Shown piece by piece: positions 57,344-64,000 of a stretch of 64,000 nt of DNA. The stretch spans positions 1 through 64,000 of IMG/VR virus record IMGVR_UViG_3300033463_000042. One strand, written 5' to 3'. The DNA is from a virus. Its lineage: Duplodnaviria; Caudoviricetes. How positions within the stretch are numbered: the stretch's first letter is position 1; every line of letters begins with the position of its first letter. A program made the position numbers and the translations under genes. The notes beneath the pieces were generated by a model that was given only the letters and a program-made list of their open reading frames with translations, was not told the origin of the DNA and made no database searches.

Positions 57344-60300
57344 TTTCTTCTTCTCCCTCCTCTTCATTATTTTCTTCCTTTATGAAATTAAATTTGTCGA
57401 CCGTTTTATATTCATGATCATGAATAAATGATTCCGATTCATATATACGATTTGTTTCATCAATCATAGTCAATTGTTTGTCAATATAGCCCCTATGGAA
57501 ATCCATACCAACGTCATCGATTGTTATGAATCTATCATCATATGTATATTCGGTTCTATGATTGTCGTTTGTTCTGACAAGCAATGTTGTACTCTTTTCA
57601 CCAATCTTATACTTAGCATATTTTGCGAAGTTAACTGTTAACAATTTAAGATGCTCGACAAAGAAGTATGTATCAAAGCTAGCAGGACGATAGTACTTGG
57701 AACCAGTATTACCTAAACCGGAATTGGTGAATGGCATAAACATTGAAGCCCACTGCTGATTCTTAATATGGTAAATATATAGTGTTGACGACGAAGCCAT
57801 CATAACGTATAATATTCCCTTTGAATATGTAATTGTCTTCGGAGTTAATGATGTGAATGGTGTAAGAATGTCTTCAACGAGTGCTGGTTCACATTCCGGA
57901 TTATCTTCATACACGTATATATGTCCTATCTGTGCAACATAGAACTTTCCATCTGCATAACAAGCACATTTTATACCGGCCGGCATAACCATAGCACTGC
58001 TGGTAACTCTATTACGAGTAGCAACGCTCCATCTTCTCGGTCCAGTACAAGATGTACTACACCAGAATGTCAACATCGTATACTTACCAACGGTGAAATC
58101 ATTACGGAAATCGCCATCATCAACATCCGCATATCGTGTCCAGTTCAATGATTTAGTATTGAACACTAAGAGTGAATTCTTACTGATCAATGCAATCTCA
58201 TTATTACTCAACCATGCAGCTTCACCATATGCATTAACAGTGAAATTGTAATCTTGTGTTGGTGCATGATATGTTATCGATGCCGATGGATCCATTGGTA
58301 TTCTCATACAATAATGAGACCAGTTATTTGTATCTTGTTTCGATCTGAATAAGTACAGATAATTGTCATCAGCTAACAATGAACCACATACATTACCACC
58401 ACCACTGCTATCAAATGTTGATACTGCAATATTGTCTCTAATAACAACAGTCTTGTTTTCAATGATATTGAATTTGGTTATTCTGATTATAGAATTATTC
58501 AACAATGAAGCAGTGAATATGTTACGTTTATATTCACATGATGTTGAACACTGAACAGCTGTAATTGCAGTTGTACCATCAGGCATGAAACCACCAATAG
58601 ATACTTTATATCTATTAGGGATTGTATTACCTGCACCAACATACAACAGATCCAAATCATCAATTGTCTTCTCTGGTTTAGTTGGGTAATAGTGTGAATC
58701 TGGTTTCTGACGTGTTTGGAATTGTACACAGTAAACCGTTGTATTCGATGTAGGTTCATCATTCATATCAAAATCCAGAGTACATATAACCCTACGATTT
58801 TCAGCAATACCCTTGATCGAATATTTAAATTCTATTGAACAATTGTCATCAATATCACAATCGTATGTTGCATCAAGAATTTCCGCACCGGTGTGTTCAT
58901 GGAATGTAACGGTTTGTTTTAATGGAATGACATATGCTGATATTGCCGAAGGTTGTATGCCATATTTATCATATACAAAGAATCTATATGAGTTTGTCAG
59001 ACCATTGTCAGATTTGATACTTGACGGATATGATCCATATATTGCAAAGTTTTCGGGAGTTAATTCTATATCGATAGGATACCATTCGTCATTGTCAGTA
59101 TCGTATGCTTTATAAGAATAACTATCTTGAGCAATTATTAAGATTGCTGAAATATCTTCAACATCGAAAGTTATCTTTGTCATACCACGCACAGGATTTC
59201 CTCCGGCGGTTAATACTGTATCGGTCAACCAGTATCTTTCATCAGGAATATATCCAGATGGTTTGTAAGATGTTTCTGTCAGAACGTAGCCTGAACCACC
59301 GCATCCACCTTTGTCGTCATCACCGCTACCATCTACAATTGTACCATTGCCTCCGAACCAACCATTTCCACCGGATCCACCGTAACCGCTGTTTTGTGCG
59401 TTACCTACGCCGTTATAGCCAAAGCCACCGCCTCCTGGCGATTGCGCTGGAGTACTGTTTTGAGTACCAGGACCATTGTTGGTTCCGTAGCCACCATTGA
59501 TATACCATGCACCGGAAGAACCTCCTCCGTTACCACCCCAGCCATCATTATCACCTTGACCACCTCCGCCACCGGCAACAATGAATCGGGCCAATAATGA
59601 GTCTGGTGTATATACATCCTTTTCAACAACTTCGCCGTATGTGAAAGGATCTCCTACTGGGGAAGTTAATATCTCTTGATCAACAAGGTCATATAGTCCT
59701 ATAGTTTGTTCTTCAGCATCTGGCTTGGATTTGATTGGTACATACCAATGAACCAATTTATTATTTTCATAAATCTTGAATGAAAATAATTTACCATGAA
59801 ATTTTCTATCCCAGTTACCGTTATCATTATAACCGAACATATATGTCGGTTGTGCCAGTGTATATGAATAGTTACCTATAGAAATTGATCCAAGTTGCGT
59901 GCCATTCATGTCATACCAAGCAAACAAACTTTGTGCGGTTGCAACAAGACGGAATTTGGTATTGAAAGGCATTGCATTACCAGTAGGCCAATCAGAACCT
60001 ACACCATAGCATGTTCTATTTACGCCACCCTGTCTGTATAAAGGTATCATATTATTTGAACCATCACGAGCACCAAAGATGACAGCATCAACCTGAATAT
60101 CAGGTACTTCGGATGGATCTTTGATATTAAGAATAACTTCGTATTTTGACGTAGATGCTTTGAAATAATATTTGAGATTGATATACTGAGTACCATTAGA
60201 TTCAATATAATCAATCTGGTCATATTCATCAGGAATTGTGTGTGGTGTGGGAGCTATACGTACATCGGTTGCTCCACCACCGGCGGTAGCACCCAATTGA

Positions 60301-63056
60301 TATTGGTCATAGCTACCATGGTTTACATTGTAAAACAATCTGTTGTTGAATATTTGATCTTTGGTAGCCGCAGAAGTACCACAACCAATGAGATATGAGG
60401 ATGATCCAACATTGGCCATTAAGGTCATTGGTGCATCTATTCGCAATACTCCTTCGGCGTAGCCGCCTTTTGCGGCTTGAACGTTTCTGTATCTAACAGC
60501 ACCATCTCCACCATAACATTTGATACGATATGTTCCTGGCAATAAGTTGAGATTTTGCCCTTCACCGGTATAAGGAACCCTGATTGATGAATCTAACGTT
60601 TTTGCATAATCGGTTTCTTTGTATATTGTCAAAGAAGCACCGTCAAATGCTTGATATGGAAGTAACATGAAATCTCTGAAGTATAATGTTTCTATTACAT
60701 CTTCCATGTCTCGCATGTAGTTTTCTGGCTTATATGATTCTGCAGTGAGAACATAGGATGTTCCACCGGATCCATTACATGCAGAATATGAGTATCCTAT
60801 CGATGTATAGTTAACGATGGCATATCCTCCATACCAACCTCCGCCTCCGCCGCCTTGGCCTTCTTGTCCCCAAGTTGCACCAGAAGCGTTGGTTCTATTT
60901 TGTGCATTACCACCTTTACCAAAGGAAGCACCACGTTGTTGTGTTGCACACATCCATGCATAATTTGAACTCGATGCTCCATTACAAGAAATCCATCCAC
61001 TATATGGACCACCGCCAAATGATAAGAAATCCTGTACACTGTCATTATTAGTCTGATGACCTGTGCCACCGCCTCCAGCACCAACAATGATTCTTGAATA
61101 TAATCCACGATCAATGAGCAAATCATATTGTGATGGTATCGTTGAATTGGAAAAATCTGTTGAACGAGATGTTGTTATTGATGTTCTACGTATATCAAAC
61201 TGACACCAATGCGTATTATCTGGTGATATGAACAATTCCCATTCAAAAGGATCTCGTTCTTGGTAGTCATCACCAGTTCTTATGATATAACTGATAATAT
61301 CCATTGAGTTAACAGTGTTTTCGAATTCATATGTTATTATGACATCCGTACCATTATCAGACCATCCTGATATACATACCTTTGAATTATCATAAATAAT
61401 GATGTTCTCTATCGTTTGAGACGCTTTTGCATATGTTACAGCAGAACCGTCGCTGCGTATAGCAGAAACATTTGCAACAGGAATAAATTCATCATTCCTG
61501 TCTTTGAATCCGAGGAATTCCATTTGAAGATATGAGTTATTTGAACGATTACGATGAACAACCATTTTCATATACTTGGTATTCTCGATTCTGGATTTCC
61601 AAACGGTCTTTTCAACAGCACCACCATGATACATTTTAACATTTGACAATGACGGATACATTCTGTCATTAATCAAATCATATAATCCTGTCTCATATCC
61701 ATCTTCATATGTCAAATATGTCATGGTAAATTCTTCAATCAAGTCGTCGGATAAATTATCTGTTGCATGTACAATTGCAACCTTCAAATATGCTGCTTCA
61801 GGAAATGGTGGATATACGGTTATGTTATCACCGACAGATACGCCTTTATATGTGTTAGGCCATCCGCTGAAATCATAAAATGGCATCCATGTTATACCAT
61901 AACCATCCGTACCCAATTGCTGATAGTTAGAATCATACCAATAGAAAGTAATGATAACACTGTTTTTGTCGGTGACTTTAAGTTTGAAACGTATTCCCTC
62001 TGCAGAAGCATCTACTGGTATATAGTCTTGTGTCCTAAGATATCTCAGATCACTACCGTTATAATTTTCCCATGTAGTGATTTGTGTCAGATCTATTGTT
62101 TCAACATCAGTTGCACACTTACAGTATGGAACCAACCAGTTTGTCAATTTACGATCTTCATATACTTTCATTTCCAGAACAGAGACTTTGGAGTAGTCTG
62201 CATAAACGTCTCTTGTTGGATCGTACAACGCAAATACTCCAAATCCAGTTGCATTTGCAGAAGGAGACATGCTATTATTACTGCTACGAGTTGAACACAT
62301 TGATTCGTTTGAATAATGCATTTCAGAACAGTCTCCCCAACCGACAGAAACTCGCGTTATATTGTAATATGGATAATTTGTATCCATCGAGTAATGGGTA
62401 GATCCATAAAAATAATACATGTTTGTGCTGTTGACATCACCACGTTTACGTTGATAACCCATTCTATCAGATCCAGATATGCTATAACCGAAGAGTGTCT
62501 CCGCGGGTCCATCTGATTTAAGATCCGCATAATCTGGATTCGAGTATATCTTCGCTTCAATACGAGTGCTACTTGTAAATTTATGATCTACTGCAAGATA
62601 CTGTTGTTTGTTGGCATGAATATACGAGACCTGTTCATATCCTTCCGGGATAGAATGTGTGATCATTTCAGGTATATACGCATCATCTATTGACAAACGT
62701 ACGTCAGTAGCACCTCCACCAGCACATCCATTTGAATATGTAGCTATATTATATGCCAGACCGCCGTTACCACCACCATTATATCCACCCAGAGCCACCT
62801 GTGTTGTTCCGTTGTGTGGTTCTTCACCATTACCACCGACAACAGCGTACATCTTCTGAGTATGATCCAAATCAAGTATACCATATGCAGCAGCTCCCCA
62901 TGATTTAAATTGATTATGGGGAGAATTACCACCACGCGCTCCGTTTGCAACAAACAGATATGTGTCTGGTTGTAATGTGAATTCTTCTGGTTCACCAGTA
63001 AATTCAAATGATTTATATGGTTCCCAGAGTTTATTTTTGTACAAGAGATATTCCAT
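57336..63056 (-). CDS. Large tail fibre/adhesin with two glycine-rich domains, lectin-like inserts and C-terminal beta-propeller-like region
   Basis: Two copies of the Gly-rich module (GAxGG...GGGATDVR...RIIVxxGGGG...GGGWYGG...GGxGYV); inserts IP..Y.Q..YI.S.G.QY... and a discoidin-like segment RDPFEWELFISPDNTHW. Confidence 0.7.
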   Translation of the reverse strand: MEYLLYKNKLWEPYKSFEFTGEPEEFTLQPDTYLFVANGARGGNSPHNQFKSWGAAAYGILDLDHTQKMYAVVGGNGEEPHNGTTQVALGGYNGGGNGGLAYNIATYSNGCAGGGATDVRLSIDDAYIPEMITHSIPEGYEQVSYIHANKQQYLAVDHKFTSSTRIEAKIYSNPDYADLKSDGPAETLFGYSISGSDRMGYQRKRGDVNSTNMYYFYGSTHYSMDTNYPYYNITRVSVGWGDCSEMHYSNESMCSTRSSNNSMSPSANATGFGVFALYDPTRDVYADYSKVSVLEMKVYEDRKLTNWLVPYCKCATDVETIDLTQITTWENYNGSDLRYLRTQDYIPVDASAEGIRFKLKVTDKNSVIITFYWYDSNYQQLGTDGYGITWMPFYDFSGWPNTYKGVSVGDNITVYPPFPEAAYLKVAIVHATDNLSDDLIEEFTMTYLTYEDGYETGLYDLINDRMYPSLSNVKMYHGGAVEKTVWKSRIENTKYMKMVVHRNRSNNSYLQMEFLGFKDRNDEFIPVANVSAIRSDGSAVTYAKASQTIENIIIYDNSKVCISGWSDNGTDVIITYEFENTVNSMDIISYIIRTGDDYQERDPFEWELFISPDNTHWCQFDIRRTSITTSRSTDFSNSTIPSQYDLLIDRGLYSRIIVGAGGGGTGHQTNNDSVQDFLSFGGGPYSGWISCNGASSSNYAWMCATQQRGASFGKGGNAQNRTNASGATWGQEGQGGGGGGWYGGYAIVNYTSIGYSYSACNGSGGTSYVLTAESYKPENYMRDMEDVIETLYFRDFMLLPYQAFDGASLTIYKETDYAKTLDSSIRVPYTGEGQNLNLLPGTYRIKCYGGDGAVRYRNVQAAKGGYAEGVLRIDAPMTLMANVGSSSYLIGCGTSAATKDQIFNNRLFYNVNHGSYDQYQLGATAGGGATDVRIAPTPHTIPDEYDQIDYIESNGTQYINLKYYFKASTSKYEVILNIKDPSEVPDIQVDAVIFGARDGSNNMIPLYRQGGVNRTCYGVGSDWPTGNAMPFNTKFRLVATAQSLFAWYDMNGTQLGSISIGNYSYTLAQPTYMFGYNDNGNWDRKFHGKLFSFKIYENNKLVHWYVPIKSKPDAEEQTIGLYDLVDQEILTSPVGDPFTYGEVVEKDVYTPDSLLARFIVAGGGGGQGDNDGWGGNGGGSSGAWYINGGYGTNNGPGTQNSTPAQSPGGGGFGYNGVGNAQNSGYGGSGGNGWFGGNGTIVDGSGDDDKGGCGGSGYVLTETSYKPSGYIPDERYWLTDTVLTAGGNPVRGMTKITFDVEDISAILIIAQDSYSYKAYDTDNDEWYPIDIELTPENFAIYGSYPSSIKSDNGLTNSYRFFVYDKYGIQPSAISAYVIPLKQTVTFHEHTGAEILDATYDCDIDDNCSIEFKYSIKGIAENRRVICTLDFDMNDEPTSNTTVYCVQFQTRQKPDSHYYPTKPEKTIDDLDLLYVGAGNTIPNRYKVSIGGFMPDGTTAITAVQCSTSCEYKRNIFTASLLNNSIIRITKFNIIENKTVVIRDNIAVSTFDSSGGGNVCGSLLADDNYLYLFRSKQDTNNWSHYCMRIPMDPSASITYHAPTQDYNFTVNAYGEAAWLSNNEIALISKNSLLVFNTKSLNWTRYADVDDGDFRNDFTVGKYTMLTFWCSTSCTGPRRWSVATRNRVTSSAMVMPAGIKCACYADGKFYVAQIGHIYVYEDNPECEPALVEDILTPFTSLTPKTITYSKGILYVMMASSSTLYIYHIKNQQWASMFMPFTNSGLGNTGSKYYRPASFDTYFFVEHLKLLTVNFAKYAKYKIGEKSTTLLVRTNDNHRTEYTYDDRFITIDDVGMDFHRGYIDKQLTMIDETNRIYESESFIHDHEYKTVDKFNFIKEENNEEEGEEENG

Positions 63057-63088
63057 TATCTCACCACGCTTTCGAATGAAGATTTATA

Positions 63089-63535
63089 TTAACCATTATT
63101 GGGTTCATCATTAGAGAGTATTCCTGTATAAGGAGTATCAGAAGGATTGTACTCGACAACAACAACATTCTCTGGAAGTTCGTCGACCTCTGCTTCTCTT
63201 GGTGGGTGATCGAATGTAACAATCTGACCGTCGAATCCTAACAGTTTAAGATTACCATTCTGACAATCTATTTCTACTGATTCAGATATGTATGTATCAC
63301 CATCATGAGGTACGGTCAAATATGCTATATCGGTATTGGGATCTATAAGAGCCTGGTAACGTTTGTATTCCTTACCAGATTCATATACTTCGAAACCGTT
63401 GCCACTTCCTCCACCACCACCGATAGATTTTATTTGTAACAACCACTCCGTTAGATCATGAATTATTTCACGTTGAGTGTGAATTATATCAACCAGGTCA
63501 TTGAATACCTGATCGAAATCTGTCGTGTTAGCCAT
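63089..63535 (-). CDS. Hypothetical tail-associated protein
   Basis: 148 aa; coiled-coil N-terminus, Gly linker and YESGKEYKRY module. Confidence 0.6.
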   Translation of the reverse strand: MANTTDFDQVFNDLVDIIHTQREIIHDLTEWLLQIKSIGGGGGSGNGFEVYESGKEYKRYQALIDPNTDIAYLTVPHDGDTYISESVEIDCQNGNLKLLGFDGQIVTFDHPPREAEVDELPENVVVVEYNPSDTPYTGILSNDEPNNG

Positions 63536-63547
63536 TTAGCTCACCTC

Positions 63548-63754
63548 TTAATCACTTTCTTCTGCCCATTCTCTGAGCTTATCTCTAATCTTAATAAGAT
63601 CTTTATTTATTTCACCTATGTCAGGTATAACATGTTCACCAAGGATATGGTCCATCTTATCAACGACATAGTCCCATGGTATGAGCGCTACGCTATCGTC
63701 ATCTTCCAAGTCAATAACGACCGGTTGCTTTTTATCGCGTGTTGCCATATACAT
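63548..63754 (-). CDS. Small hypothetical protein
   Basis: 68-aa ORF with AAAGGAG RBS. Confidence 0.65.
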   Translation of the reverse strand: MYMATRDKKQPVVIDLEDDDSVALIPWDYVVDKMDHILGEHVIPDIGEINKDLIKIRDKLREWAEESD

Positions 63755-63809
63755 GCAACTCCTTTCTTTATTTAAGTTATGAAGGCGTTCAACTCTGTAA
63801 AATCAAATA

Positions 63810-63832
63810 GTCGAGGGCTTTACGCCCTCGAC
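63810..63832 (-). terminator. Intrinsic terminator
   Basis: GTCGAGGGC-TTTAC-GCCCTCGAC with a T-rich tract following on the minus strand, just after the stop at 63844. Confidence 0.7.
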
Positions 63833-63843
63833 GTTACTTTGAT

Positions 63844-64000
63844 TTATTTGGTTGGAATATTAGTAACAGGGTTCAATGTTCTGTTACCATCCTCTTTTGC
63901 CGCATTGGTAACATATACACCTTTAACGGATACAACTTTTCTGTTTCCATTTGCATCTTTGAATACAAACAGAACTTTCTTAGCCCTACTAATTTCGTGA
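63844..64000 (-). CDS. C-terminal end of a gene entering from the right edge
   Basis: Open minus frame ...HEISRAKKVLFVFKDANGNRKVVSVKGVYVTNAAKEDGNRTLNPVTNIPTK*, followed by a terminator. Confidence 0.7.
   Translation of the reverse strand, partial: HEISRAKKVLFVFKDANGNRKVVSVKGVYVTNAAKEDGNRTLNPVTNIPTK

Noticed and set aside
50645-63056. Diversity-generating retroelement or invertible tail-fibre cassette
   Set aside because: No reverse transcriptase or recombinase, and no near-identical template/variable repeat pair or inverted crossover sites seen in this window.
986-63775. Numerous short overlapping or antisense ORFs in the six-frame track (e.g. 986-1609, 10056-10688, 14369-15001, 61767-62294)
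   Set aside because: They lie inside longer RBS-supported genes and look like shadow frames from codon bias.
1-64000. Stop-codon reassignment (as in some large gut/rumen phages)
   Set aside because: Long ORFs tile the window under the standard code with no fragmentation at TAG or TGA.
1-64000. CRISPR array, tRNA or rRNA genes
   Set aside because: Intergenic gaps are short; no regularly spaced direct repeats or cloverleaf-like sequences were seen by eye. A tRNAscan/CRISPR scan was not run.
63779-64000. Plus-strand 73-aa ORF at the right edge
   Set aside because: Overlaps a terminator hairpin and a better-supported minus-strand gene end (63844-64000).

Overview
Gene-dense, AT-rich segment of a large tailed (jumbo-type, myovirus-like) bacteriophage genome read in the standard genetic code. 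It is essentially the virion morphogenesis region. Head genes: T4 gp21-like prohead protease, acidic scaffold-like protein, ~750-aa major capsid protein, and a large set of probable internal-head proteins carrying recurrent hydrophobic-(Q/M/T)-E motifs. Tail genes: gp25-like and large baseplate wedge proteins, a 2604-aa tape measure/multi-domain lysin, and a leftward cluster of fibre and receptor-binding genes. Also present: a probable stand-alone C-terminal RNA polymerase beta fragment, a RusA resolvase, an XRE HTH protein, a Zn-finger PD-(D/E)XK nuclease and many intrinsic terminators. Top observations: (1) a tail-fibre protein carries a Ruminococcus-style dockerin repeat, suggesting adsorption to cellulosome cohesins of a cellulolytic Firmicute; (2) a shared N-terminal leader ending in F-x-I-F-Q-E is fused to unrelated membrane-type cargos, including M48-like metalloproteases; (3) GSGD motifs flank a C39-like peptidase in the tape measure protein; (4) a conserved ATATATTAT-hairpin-ATAAACAATCA element precedes non-structural genes. 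All family assignments come from motif recognition by eye; no database searches were run.
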